A stretch of 64,000 nt of DNA from Felis catus (Eukaryota): the NCBI RefSeq assembly GCF_018350175.1, contig NC_058368.1:58158001-58222000 (forward strand), given 5' to 3'. The notes beneath the pieces are model-generated. The model saw nothing but the letters and a program-made list of their open reading frames with translations, did not search any database and was not told the DNA's origin. Every line of letters begins with the position of its first letter. Positions within the stretch are counted from its first letter, which is position 1. The position numbers were made by a program, and so were the translations under genes. This document shows, in pieces, positions 25,855 through 38,074 of the stretch.

Positions 25855-26344
25855 AGCACCCAGTGTTCTAAAATCAATCATGAGAAATGCTTTAATTTTA
25901 AATAAATTAATTATAAAGACAAAGGGGATGGTAGATTGCACCAGTATAGACAAAGTATGTGACTTCGGTAGATTACTTCTGTATCTATTACTTCTTAAGG
26001 GTCAAATACCTTCTTAGAAAGGATAATGATTTGCATTGATCAGTTTTACACATACCGGGCAAGAATATGTATTGTTTTGGTAAAACAAATAGTAGCAAAC
26101 TTCCTATAAGAGTTTAGATTTTATTTTCACTATTTATTAAAATCATGTTTTCATCTAAGGTAGAAATGAAAAGAAAGAAAACATTGTTAGAAAACAATTA
26201 TAGAAAAAAGACTTCTTATTCTGAGATAGAATTTTCCAGGTTATAATTTTCAAGCAAGGTTAACTTTATTCTGCTACCGTCCTGTTTTATTTTCAAAGAG
26301 ATACATAACCTCTCTCATCAAACAGTAACATTTCCTCCTGTATT

Positions 26345-27560
26345 TTTGTTATAATTTGATTAGGTCTAAATTGCCTACAGTAAAAGTCACCCTTTTTTAA
26401 TGTGCAGTTATGTGAGATTCGAACAACACAGAGTTGTGTAACTGCAACCACAGTCAAGATATACCATCACTATCCCAAATTCCCTCATACCCACTTGTAA
26501 ACAAGCATTGTCCTCACTTGATCTCCTGGAAACACATGGTCTGACCTGTCAGTACAACTTTCACCTAATCCACGATGGTCATTAAAATAGGTTCAGACAG
26601 TATGTAGACTTTTGGGTCTGTCTTCATTCCCTTAATATTATGAATGTGAAATTAATCTATGCTGATGCTGTGTAGGTAGTTTGCTGACTTTTAAATGTGG
26701 AGTAGTATTTCATTGTATGGATCTGCCCTTCATTGTTTACCAGTTCACGAAGGAAAGTTTGGGTGGGTTTCAGTTTCTGGCAGGTCTGAATAAAGTTGTT
26801 ATAAATATTCACACGGTATATTTGATTGAATGCCATACTCACATCTTTGGGTAAATACCAAAAGTGTTTGCTGGCAATTGCTGTGTCTTATGGTAAGTGC
26901 ACATTAGCTTTATTAGAAACAGTGGAATTGTGTTCCATACTAGCTGTTGCCTCTGCAACAGAAATATATGAGAAATATATGAGAGTTCTGCTTTCTGTAC
27001 TCCCTGATCAACACCTAATAATGGCAAGAGTGGGATCTTAGCCATTCTAGGAAGTGTTTAGAGGTATTTCACTGTGGTTTTAAATTTGTTTCACTAGGGA
27101 CTAATGATATTAAGCATCTTTCCATGGTCTAATTTGCCTTTGTTTTCATAATGAAGTTTAAAATCTTTTTAAAATCTTCTGCTGATGATGAGTTGCTTGT
27201 ATATTTAGTGAGTTTTGAGAGTTCTTCATACATTCTGGATGCAAGTCTTTTATTAGTTATCTATTTTGAAAATATGTTATATTTGCCTTTTGCTTACTGT
27301 TTTATTCTTCTTATAGTGTCATTTGGCAAGCAGAAGTTTTCAATTTGATAAGGTCCAATTTATCATATTTATCTGTTGTAAATTGTGTTTTTGGAAAATT
27401 TTGCATATCCTGAAGAAATAATTTTCCTATTTAAAAAATATTTTTGTAAAAATTATAAGTAAATAGTCACATATACTTGTTTGTTTTTATGGTAGATCAT
27501 ATTGAGCTCTAGTTTTTTTCCACCACATGAATGTTCAGTTGTTCCAGCCCATGCTATCTC
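26345..27560 (-). mobile_element. Old L1 (L1MB/MC-like) 3' fragment
   Basis: CCTACAGTAAAAGTCACCCTTTT, ACCACAGTCAAGATATA, GTAGTATTTCATTGTATGGAT, GAGTTTTGAGAGTTCTTCATACATTCTGGAT, GCAGAAGTTTTCAATTTGATAAGGTCCAATTTATC. Confidence 0.85.
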
Positions 27561-27581
27561 AGAAGGGATAAAAGTCTCAAA

Positions 27582-27846
27582 TCAGAGATCTGAACACCAG
27601 ATTTTTACACAACTAATAAATTAATATCAGAGAGATACTTTATATATATATGTGTATATATATATATACTTTATATATATATATGAGATACTTTATATAT
27701 ATATATAAACACATATATATGAACATATATATATATATATACTTATATATATATATACTGAACATATATATATATATATACTTATATATATATACTTTAT
27801 ATATATATATCAGAGAGATACTTTATATATATATATATATAGAGAT

Positions 27847-27892
<46 letters not shown>

Positions 27893-28068
27893 CAGAGATC
27901 TGAACACCAGATTTTTACACAACTAATAAATTAATATCAGAGAGATACTTTATATATATATATATTAATATCAGAGAGATACTTTATATATATATATACT
28001 TTATATATATATATATTTATATATATATAAATAAATATATATATATATACACATAAATATATATATAT
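27582..28068. repeat. Compound (TA)n array with duplicated flanking sequence
   Basis: 69-bp exact duplication 27582-27650/27892-27960. AGATACTT and TGAACA fragments recur inside the TA runs. Confidence 0.9.
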
Positions 28069-28124
28069 AAAATTGGTAGAGTTTGTGCTCATGAGCGTAT
28101 AGGATGTGTCTTTGTGTCCGTGTG

Positions 28125-28125
<1 letters not shown>

Positions 28126-28155
<30 letters not shown>
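28126..28155. repeat. (GT)n microsatellite
   Basis: Direct reading. Confidence 0.95.
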
Positions 28156-28159
<4 letters not shown>

Positions 28160-28465
28160 GAAGGTGATGTCAATGATTAATAAACACATATTGAGCTCAC
28201 TCTAAGCTTTCTTGAAAATATTTGAATTTTGGTGAATTTTTCTTTTAGGTGAAACATTTACTTACAACTATATTTTTAAATGTTTTTAGATTTGCTCTTT
28301 CCAATGAGAAAAGAAAGGAAAGTATAACATGTACACTATAGAAATTATGTAATCACGTTTAATATGTTGACTAAACATATTTCCGAATCCTTAAGTATGG
28401 CTTCATACTCTTTATGTATGCTCTCATCTATACTTTTTTCTAATGTCATAATTTTTGACAAATAT

Positions 28466-28676
28466 ATCTATATATTACAATTTATCTATTTTGAGAGAAG
28501 AAAAGAGCATGTGAATGGGGAGGTGCAGAGAAAGAAGGAGAGAGAAAAAATTCCAAACAGGCTCTGCCCCATCAGCGCAGAACCTGATGTGGAGCTTGAA
28601 CCCTCTAACTGTGAGATCACAACTGAGCAGAAATCAAGAGTTAGAGGCTGAATTAACTAAGCCACGCAGGCGCCCC
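28466..28676 (-). mobile_element. Can-SINE (older)
   Basis: Reverse SINE ending GCCACGCAGGCGCCCC. TSD TTGACAA(A/G)TAT. Confidence 0.9.
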
Positions 28677-30595
28677 TTGACAAGTATTATTTGTCATTCT
28701 TTAGAAGTAATAAGAATTATGGATATAGTACATTATTGATACAGTTCACTTTAATTTTGTTGAAAAACAGTCATAATAGGAATCCATTTATAAAGCAGGT
28801 GTAGAGTGAATCCAAAGTAGAATTCTAGTGATCGTCTATTTATTTACTGCCTACATTTTCTTCATAGGTTCATTAAAAATGAGAATTGTAAATAATATAA
28901 AACTATGAGAAGTTGTGGATACATGCTCTTAGAAGTAAGAGAAAAATTGGCCAGCTTGAATACATAGATTTTTTAAAGTAGGTTCATTACTCAATAGAAT
29001 GTGAGATAAAAGGAAAAACAAATATTCTTGTGGTAGTATGTTCCAATGTGCCTTCCTAAATACCTATGCTATTAAAAAGTTAAAAGTGTTCTATTTTCTG
29101 TTAAATTGAAAGGAAAGTCTCAGTGCTTTTGTCTGTAAGGGTGATAATATTTGGATGTTAAAAATTTACTTCTGTTTCTAACATGACAACAAATATAAAA
29201 TATTAAGAAATAAAAATGTCCCAATGTTCCATAGCATGATAAAAATAGATTCTGCCTTAGAATATGCCCATAGTGCTGCCCATGTGAATAGCCTAGGTCT
29301 CATTTATGTGACATATGGTGACCTAACTCTCTCTTTAATTTTTTTTTCTAATTTACTGCTAATGAAGAATATTATAGTAAATAGTCATTTTATTAGTTAT
29401 CTTATATTCAGCAATCTACACCTGTGCCAGTCATTATAAATATGATTAATGTGATAGAAGTAGCTCATTTCATCACAGAATGGCATTTTCACTTGCTTTG
29501 ACACTTCATTGTGGCAGTCATCTCCAAACATAAGGTCACAGCTGTTCTGTGACATTTTTACACAATGGAAAACCAGCCTGTTCCATAGAGAAATAAAAAA
29601 GAAATTTAATAACCTGACATTTGAAAGTAGAAAAAAAGCATTTCAAATACAGGTAATTTAACATGGATCTTATGTGAAAACAACATCAGCGTTAAAGAAA
29701 TAAAGAATATTTTCTTAGGCCAATTATAATACACAGACCTAACAAGGGCATCATTGTGAGTCATTTTTCCAGTGGGCAAGACTGACAAGCTTATGAAACC
29801 TTTTCAGCAACTTGTATCCATGCAAACCTCTTCAGTTTTTATTGCATATGGAAAATTTCTGTTTATTTATAGTTTAATATAACTTTTTATAACTTTTTGT
29901 GTATATATTTATTTTGATGTAGAACTGCCATACATAAGCACATCTCTATCTTAAAATTACACAGTTTAATTGCAATACAATGTAATGAATATTATTACAT
30001 TATTGGAAGTGCTTCTGTCCTCTCTTTTCAGCCCATGAATTTATCTATTCTAACACCACTGTCAGAGTGTTTTAATAATTTGAACTATTAATCTCAATTT
30101 CTATCTTACCTATGGTATACTTGCTAAATTTATGTTTATTATTAGGATTTTGAGAATTGGCTTAACAAAGACTAAGCTGTCGTCTGTATAATTGGACTTC
30201 TCATATTGAATATTGATATTATTTCATCCTTTGTGAAAATATCTCTACCTTAGAAACTGTAGTTCTCATTATCAGGCTATTATATTACTTTTGATCTAAC
30301 TTGAACATCCATTCAACTGTCAAGTATGGCTTACAATAAAGGAATATTAATGACCATAATTAATCAATATTTTGAGCTTTGGTTTTTAAAACTTTAACTT
30401 TTATGCATATCTGACTCCTGGTTCTATAAAACAGTTGAAAGCACTGAGTCTTCTTTGTCTTATTATTTGAACATGCCCCAAATTCTATAAATACAATTCT
30501 TATTGCATTATTTCATCTGTCTCAATGTCTTTAAAAGCCTTATCTATGCTGGTGACTTGAATTTGTAGCTCTTCCTCCCATCACAATAACCTGAG

Positions 30596-30712
30596 ATATC
30601 TATATCTATATCTATATCTATATCTATATCTATATCTATATCTATCTATATAGATATCTATCTATATCTATATAGATATCTATCTATATCTGTGTATCTA
30701 TCTATATATATA
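30596..30712. repeat. (TATATC)n array with internal inversions
   Basis: TATATC repeats interrupted twice by TATAGATA (reverse-complement phase). Confidence 0.9.
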
Positions 30713-30744
30713 ATGTGGATCTCATGTTTAAAAATAAACTATCT

Positions 30745-30955
30745 GGGACCCCTGGGTGGCGCAGTCGGTTAAGCGTCCAACTTCAGCCAGGTCACGATCT
30801 CGCGGTCCGTGAGTTCAAGCCCCGCGTCAGGCTCTGGGCTGATGGCTCAGAGCCTGGAGCCTGTTTCCGATTCTGTGTCTCCTTCTCTCTCTGTCCCTCC
30901 CCCATTCATGCTCTGTCTCTCTCTGTCCCAAAAATAAATAAACGTTGAAAAAAAA
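30745..30955 (+). mobile_element. Young Can-SINE (SINEC_Fc)
   Basis: CCTGGGTGGCGCAGTCGGTTAAGCGTCC..CTTCAGCCAGGTCACGATCTCGCGG. TSD TAAAAATAA(A)CTATC. Confidence 0.97.
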
Positions 30956-30982
30956 TAAAAATAACTATCAAAATTGAAGCAC

Positions 30983-30987
<5 letters not shown>

Positions 30988-31037
<50 letters not shown>
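30988..31037. repeat. (GT)n(AT)n compound microsatellite
   Basis: Direct reading. Confidence 0.95.
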
Positions 31038-31675
31038 GTCATTATATATATAATGGGGTGGGATGGATATATATATATAATCTGTGTGAGAACTGCTGAT
31101 GTGAATATATATATCCCACTAAACCCATGCCCTACCATCAAGTTATTTCCCTCTGTGCATCACATCAGCAGTTCTCACACAGAGATAGAGGAGTTTTCTT
31201 GATTCCTCTCATTACCTTCCATGTTCCCACAACCAATCAGCAGCAAATTGTTTACTTATAACTATAATAGTTTGTCTAAGTCCATATTTCTTACTACCTT
31301 AGTCTTAACTATTTGCTCAGACTACTATAAGAGTGTCGTAACTAGTTGGTCTGTCTTCATTTTGGTCTGTATTATAGCTCTACTTTTAGACAGCAGTGTG
31401 GGAGCAGGGGGTGGGGAAGCCATCCAGACAAGAAAAAAGATAAATGCCTTTACATTTGGATGATGTGATTATTGGCAGGAAATCCCTGAGGGATTTAATA
31501 ACAACAACAAACAACAAAAATTATTTAAACTGATAAGCAGGTTTAACATGGATGAAGGTAAAAAATTAATATAATCTATTCTACTTTTACATACTGATGA
31601 TGAACATTTGGATATTGAAAGACATGAAATAATTAGGATAAATGTGACCAAAGATATTCAAGGTCTACAGATACG

Positions 31676-32454
31676 TGCTATGGAGGGTTAATTCAGCAAA
31701 CATGGAATTGGTCTGGAATATTTTGCTAAATAACCTGCAACACATTGAACTACATCGAGTCATGAAATAATATGAAAAATAGTGTTGCTTTGTAACCATG
31801 GGTTTGGGTTATATGGAATGGTTTACATAAAGTTGTCACATTACTTATTGATAACAGGGAAATTTAAAATCTGTATTCTGTCCTGGTGACACTTCCAGGT
31901 GGCCTGCTTATATAGGAAAAATATCTGTATATGTGCAACAGGGTATGAGAATCCTCAACTGAAACTGCACTTTGGGTTCTCTGATTCTCATGTATTCTGT
32001 ACACATATCAGTAGTTTTCTGACCCAAGAGATAAGTATATCTTGATATGGCATTTGTAAAAGGAAGATAATGGGAGCTTAAGATTCACCTTACTGGGTCT
32101 TATGCTCTGAGGGAGTCTTTGCCCTTAATGCTTATGTTTATTTCAGTCTTTTACTAGCATATTATTCTTTTTCTTAAAAAAAAAAAAACTGTAGGGGCAC
32201 CTGCGTAGTTAAGTGTCCAACTTCGGCTCAGGTTATGATCTCACGGTTCGTGAGTTTGAGCCCAGCATTGAGCTCTGCTCTGACAACGTGGAGCTTGCTT
32301 TCAGATCCTCTGTCTCCCTCTCCCCTGCTCACACACTCTCTTTCTAAAAAATAAAGAAATATTTAAAAGAAAAAATGCTATAGATTTGTAAACATCATTA
32401 TGGCTGTCGTGTTTCTCTTTTGGCAATCAAACCCTGAATTCATGTTTAGTGCAA
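31676..32454 (+). mobile_element. Possible ERVL LTR (MER68/MER77-like)
   Basis: Non-L1 block interrupting a collinear L1, starting TG and ending near CA. Only weak similarity to the recalled MER68/77 layout. Contains a SINE. Confidence 0.4.
32194..32375 (+). mobile_element. Can-SINE with small deletions
   Basis: GGGGCACCTG..CTTCGGCTCAGGTTATGATCTCACGGTTCGTGAGTTTGAGCCC, then an A-rich tail. Confidence 0.9.
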
Positions 32455-34405
32455 GACCATAAACTACTAAACATCGCTGAAGGAATTTAAATAAGATATG
32501 TATAAGAGATACACTGTGTATATGGGTTTGAAGATTCAGTACATTAAGATGTATATGTTTCTCAAATTGATCTATAGGCTTAATGAAATCATGTTAAAAT
32601 CTTATCAGGCTCTTTTATAGAAGCAGAAAACATATTTGAAATGTAATATTGAAATGCAAAAGACAGTATGGCTAAAACACACTAAAACAAAAAAGGATTT
32701 ATAAGACTTATACTGTCTGTTGTCAATCTTATTATAAAGCTGCAATATTCAAGGGAGTAACATAATATGTTGAGGTAGACAAATAGATCAATGCAAAATA
32801 ATAAATTTGAGAAATAGACCCATGTATTCGTGGTCAAGTGATATTTTTACAAAGGTGCTAAGGTAATTTTATAAAGGATAATCTTTACAAAAAGTGATCT
32901 TGATAAATTGGATACATAAAAAATGAACTTCAGCAGATATTCTGTACCACATACAAAAGTTAACTCAAAATGGTCACTGATTTAAATGTATTGTTATTTT
33001 AAATTATAAAATATCTCTAAGTGAACATAATAAAGATCTTTGTGACCTTGTTCCCTCTCAGTGAATGTCCTCTCTTGCAACTGATTTATGTAGTATTATT
33101 CTTTCCTTCCAGGTCAGACTTAATACACACTTTATGAGGGAAAGGCATAAAAGGGACCATTCTTCCCCTTTTCCACCCTCCATGCTACTGGTGTGATGTA
33201 GAAAGAATGGGTATGATTAATATTGGAAGAAATCATAAGCCAGAAGTGTAATGATTGTAGTCTAAAGAATTCAAGAGAATCCATGGCTGGAAACATGTTC
33301 TATGTTTACACAATAAAATTCTGAACGCAAATTTACTACAACCATGAAATTAAAGGTTGTAGCCACTTGCCTACATATTCTGGGTGAGACTTGCCTTTGT
33401 GGCCATCATCTATGGAACATGATAACAACAGTTGGCATGTCACTGAGAACAAGTATGTATGAGGGTGTGTTGTATGATGCAGCATCATGAGCAACGATGT
33501 CGCTGGCAATGAATAAGTGGTGTTATGAAGCAGCAAAGGAAGATGATCTCTATTGGTTCATGTATATTGATCCTCAAGGGCCATGCATGTGAGTAATAAC
33601 AGTGTTACTATTGTGTTTTTCATGTTGGGAGATATTAAATCAGCCAGCAATGCAACTTTTGAGAAATTAAAAGTTTAAGAGATAGTTCTTAGACCTGACC
33701 AAGCGGAGATGATGCTCATATACTATGAAGAATTTTCATATGCAGTTTGAGCAAAAAAACCCAAATACTCTTTTTCCATTATTCTAAATTATCATAAAAT
33801 TACTATATGCACCCATAAATTTTCTAATACATTTTAAAGTAAATTATGTATATAGGAAAGGGAAAAATAAAACTATTTTCTTTGAGTCCTACACAACTTA
33901 AGAACAGCTCTGATATCAGTATTGAGTTTACTGATTTCAAAATTGTACTGTTGTTATATAAGAAAAATTCTTGTGAGGGGAAAAATATACATAGAAATAT
34001 TTAGCGAAAAGGACTCAGTGCACAAAATTTACTCCCAAGTTATTCAGAAAACTATTACACACATAAACAGACACACACACACACTCACTCACTTGGAAAT
34101 GTTTTATATTCTTAATATTTCACCTTTTTATTTATTTGAATTTTCAGAAACATAACATAAACTAAATAACTGCTTTTTGACAATGTTAAAGTAGTTTTGA
34201 ATATCAGATATGTGCAGTGTCCTACCTCATGTTTTTCCATTTTATTTTAATATACCTGATTGTAAATTAGTTTTCTTTTCCAAAATATGGTGCTAATTAG
34301 TAGGATGTAGCAAACCCTGGCAGTGTGAAACCATAAATATGTCTTACATTAATCAGGAGTATAACATATCATGTAAATGCTCAGGGATCAAAAGATTCAA
34401 AAGAT

Positions 34406-34624
34406 GGGGCGCTTGGGTGGCTCAGTCGGTTAAGCATCTGACTTCGGCTCAGGTCATGATCTCGCGGTTTGTGAGTTCAAGCCCCGCATCAGGCTCTGTG
34501 CTGACAGCTCGCAGCCTGAGGCTGCTTCGGATTCTGTGTCTCTCCATCTCTCAGCCCCTCGCCTGCTCATGCTCTGTGTCTCTCTGTCTCTCAGTAAAAA
34601 GTAAATGTTAAAAAAAATTTAAAA
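34406..34624 (+). mobile_element. Can-SINE (SINEC_Fc-type)
   Basis: Full length. Perfect 16-bp TSD AAAAGATTCAAAAGAT (34390-34405/34625-34640). Confidence 0.98.
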
Positions 34625-36294
34625 AAAAGATTCAAAAGATAATTTACAATTTAAAAATATATTTTGTCATTTTATGTTCTATTTTTTTCCATTTCATCTT
34701 TAATGAAATTTAGTTACCTCAGATAGAGATTGATTTCCAAGTATACTGCTAAAAATTGTATATTGGTGTAAAAGGCCAGATAGAACAAATGTATATACAT
34801 TAAATGGAGGTCTATACATAAGTTATTCTAACACTAATTTGATTTGCAAAAAGCATTAATACAATGTACATGTGTTAATTTCATTTATAGCTGCAGACTG
34901 ATGATTATTCATTCACTAAGAGGCAATTTGGTACCTGGAATGAGATGACACTGGAAATTACTTGTGAGACAGAGATATTCGAATGAGGTGAATCTGAGAC
35001 ATGCACAGGCTAAGAGACTGAGAAGTAACCTCACTTCTGACCTCACTTCTGTGTTAATGTCGTATTGTTATGGACATGAACAAGATAAGTATTGAAATGC
35101 TCAGAACTAAATAATTCAAATCCAAAAGGATTTCCACCTCTAAGTCAATAAAATATCATGTTTCTAATGATCTCAGCAAATGCCAGTTAATCATACTGGC
35201 AACCAGTGATAGCCACAGTGGATATTATTCTTCAGAATGTCAAGACTTAATAGACCTAACAATAATGAAAGTGATCAATTTGGCTTTCTCATGTATCTCT
35301 TTAATTTTATGTCAGTAACTGTAATAGTAAAAAATTGGGAAATTAAAATGAACACGCAATTTGCATTTGGATTTCCTCCTTTTACTTTTTTTCTCTTTTT
35401 AGACATAAGAAAATATTCTTTCAGGTGAAAAGGGACAGTGTAGTCACAGTGATGCTTTTTCCTTTTAGATAAGAAAAAAGTCAGAATTTTGACTGAGCCT
35501 AGTATTTTAGATTCTCTTTGGTCTTTGACGCTTTTCTGCAATGGTCAGTTTTGGGGCAAAAAGTACTATGTATTTGCCAATTCTTCAATTTGTAAATATA
35601 GAGAAGGGGTGAATTCCATTTATCTGTAACTCTATTATATTGTTCTTAAATATTTGAAGATTTGTATTTGAATTTATTATCCATTTGCCATTTAAAAGCC
35701 ATGAAGACGTTAGGAGTCCGTATCATTACCTGCGTTTCAGTTCCTCAGTCATTCTGATGTAATCAGGGATTTTGAGAGAATTTCAGATCATGATCTTCTA
35801 ACTCTAGAGCTCTTACCCACTCTTCTCTAATGGCCCTGCTGCCCAGGTTTAGTGTTCAATTCCTACTGGTTAGATGAAAACTCAATAGATGCATGATATT
35901 TCTTCAGTTTTAATGATGAGACACATATTATGTCTGTCAGATGACAAAATAGACAAGGTAGCAACAATTGTAATGTGCTTCTTTCACGGGGAAACAACTC
36001 ATGGGACTATAGTGCCTCGTGAGCAGTGGAGCACTCTTCATGAGGGATGTGGGGATTATAGAGTGTTACAAGAGTGAATGCAGAAACAGGGCATGAATGG
36101 CTAGGAGGGCAGGGATTTCCTTAAAAGGTTAGCAGGTCTTATTTTCTAGGGAAGGATAAGCAAGCTAACACTGGTGTTTGTTAGGTTTCCCATAAGTACA
36201 GGCTGACTTAGGTTTAGATTTGGGATAGCCTCCCTTTTTGAGTCTCGATATATGAATTTTGTCATATCTTAGAAATGATAACTCTCGAAAAGTC

Positions 36295-36498
36295 TTTTTT
36301 TCAAGTATAGTTAGCATACAGTGTGATATTAGTGTCAGGTGTGATATATAATGATCCTACAATTCTGTACGTTATTCAGTGCTCATCACAGTAAGTGTAC
36401 TTTTATGCCCTTTTCGTATTTCACCCACTCCCCACCACTCTCTGGCAATCAGCGGTTTGTTCTCTGATTCAAGGGTCTGGTTTTTGTTTGTCTCTTTT
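36295..36498 (-). mobile_element. Carnivore L1 3' end (5'-truncated)
   Basis: CAAGTATAGTT..CATACAGTGTGATATTAGTGTCAGGTGT..TCAGTGCTCATCACAGTAAGTGTAC..TTTGTTCTCT. Confidence 0.8.
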
Positions 36499-36902
36499 AT
36501 CAAGAGTGTTCTTTTGTGCGGATGTTCTATACTCCTAAAATTAATATAGATTTTGTAATCTTTATTTTACTCTTTTTCTATTGATTTAATAGATCCAAAC
36601 TATATAAAAATGGTGCCAGAACAACACTACTTCATATTCATAAAATGCCATATTTTTCCTGTTGACCTTCTTCCTACCATGCCCTTCTCTTAGGGTTTTG
36701 TCCTGTTTCTGGTCTTTTCAGAATCTGCAACTTCTATAAAACTGTTATTGTTTAGTTATAAGTTCCAATTATTTTGCTCTGGCTTAACTGCCCAATTTAC
36801 ACAGGTAGAATTTTTCTGAAAGTAAAAATGTATTCTTTATTTAATATCTTTACCTGTGTACTCTCTTTAATTTTGAATAATTCATTTAAAATAAAACTAT
36901 CA

Positions 36903-37138
36903 GGGGCGCCTGGGTGGCGCAGTCGGTTAAGCGTCCGACTTCAGCCAGGTCACGATCTCGCGTTCTGTGAGTTTGAGCCCCGCGTCAGGCTCTGGGCTGA
37001 TGGCTCGGAGCCTGGAGCCTGTTTCCGATTCTGTGTCTCCCTCTCTCTCTGCCCCTCCCCTGTTCATGCTCTGTCTCTCTCTGTCCCAAAAAAATAAATA
37101 AACGTTGAAAAACAAAATTAAAAAAAAATAAAATAAAA
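36903..37138 (+). mobile_element. Young Can-SINE (SINEC_Fc)
   Basis: Close to consensus with a long A-rich tail. TSD AAAATAAAACTATCA (36888-36902/37139-37153). Confidence 0.98.
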
Positions 37139-37176
37139 AAAATAAAACTATCAGTTATAAAAAAGTGACTGATCTT

Positions 37177-37407
37177 TATTTTTTAAATTTTTTTTTAATT
37201 TTTTAACGTTTATTTATTTTTGAGACAGAGAGAGACAGAGCATGAACGGGGGAGGGTCAGAGAGAGAGGGAGACACGGAATCTGAAACAGGCTCTAGGCT
37301 CCGAACGGTCAGCACAGAGCCCGACGCGGGGCTCGAACCCACAGACCGTGAGATCGTGACCTGAGCCGAAGTCGTCCACTCAACCGACTGAGCCACCCAG
37401 GAGCCCC
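37177..37407 (-). mobile_element. Can-SINE (SINEC_Fc-type)
   Basis: Full length. TSD AAAAGTGACT(G/A)ATCTT (37161-37176/37408-37423). Confidence 0.97.
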
Positions 37408-37586
37408 AAAAGTGACTAATCTTAAATGAGCATTCATGTTCAAAAAGCCCTCACAGAGGGCTTACAGTATCTCCCCAGGGAAACCTGCTGATCATATAAC
37501 TGAGTGATACACCTATTCCTTGCCAGGCAAGCAATGATGATATTGTTTTCTCTGAAACGTATTTACTGGTTTTATTTTCAATCATC

Positions 37587-38074
37587 TCTATTAGTTTTAT
37601 ACATTGCATAACACATTATGAAAATCTTAGTAGCTTAAAATAAATCATATTTGTTATCTCACAGTTATTATAAGTCAGAAATCCAAGCCTGAATATGGAT
37701 CATTTCTAAAAGTCTCACAAGGCTGAAATCAAAGGTCTTCAAGGCTGGTTTACAATCCAGAGGCTCAAACTGGGAAAGATCTACTTCCCAGAGATGTTAG
37801 GTCGTTGGTAGAATTCATTTCCTTACAGTAGTAAGAATCCTGGCAATTTGCTTCTTAAGCCAAACACACACAGATAAAAACTAGGGTGATTCTGCTAGCA
37901 AAATTGAATCTTATTTAATGTAGTCACAGGAGTGGCATACCTTTGCCATAGTCTATCACTTAGAAGCAAGTCTTGAATCTTTCTCATTGGAAAGGAAAGG
38001 AATTACACAAAAAAGCCCAAAGCATGAACAAAAAATGCTGGTATCACAAGGCCCACCTTCTATTTCATTTACTG
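37587..38074 (-). mobile_element. MaLR LTR (MLT1 family)
   Basis: CTTAGTAGCTTAAAATAA..TTATCTCACAGTT..AGTCAGAAATCC..TCTCACAAGGCTGAAATCAA..GTTGGTAGAATTCATTTCCTT are MLT1 hallmarks. Confidence 0.8.

Larger units (their letters stand above)
31440..33050 (+). mobile_element. Old L1 ORF2 fragment split by an LTR-like insert
   Basis: L1-like up to ..AGGATAAATGTGACCAAAGATATTCAAGGTCTA (about 31670). Resumes near 32455 with AAACTACTAAACATCGCTGAAGGAA..CTCAAATTGATCTATAG..GAAATAGACCCATG..CTTTGTGACCTTG. Confidence 0.75.

Noticed and set aside
25564..25953. Longest ORF in the track (129 aa)
   Set aside because: Most of it is the antisense reading of the SINE at 25640-25854.
27650..28189. IY/TH-rich ORFs (also 56129-56323 and 58471-58813)
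   Set aside because: Translations of (TA)n and (CA)n microsatellites. Only the 17-codon RPS16 piece is meaningful, and it is not an intact gene.
33525..33595. Frame reading EAAKEDDLYWFMYIDPQGPCM before GTGAGT, vaguely GYF-domain-like
   Set aside because: Only DPQG matches, there is no good upstream acceptor, and stops are nearby. Likely chance or an unrecognised ancient repeat.
30729..36902. Two young SINEs with similar target sites (AAATAAA(A)CTATC)
   Set aside because: Similarity is limited to the A-rich L1 endonuclease target plus 5 nt, and the further flanks are unrelated. Not a segmental duplication.
36774..37396. Recurrent ORFs with GAPGWRSRLSV / WVAQSV / MISRFVSSSP motifs across the window
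   Set aside because: Translations of Can-SINE sequence, not a protein family.
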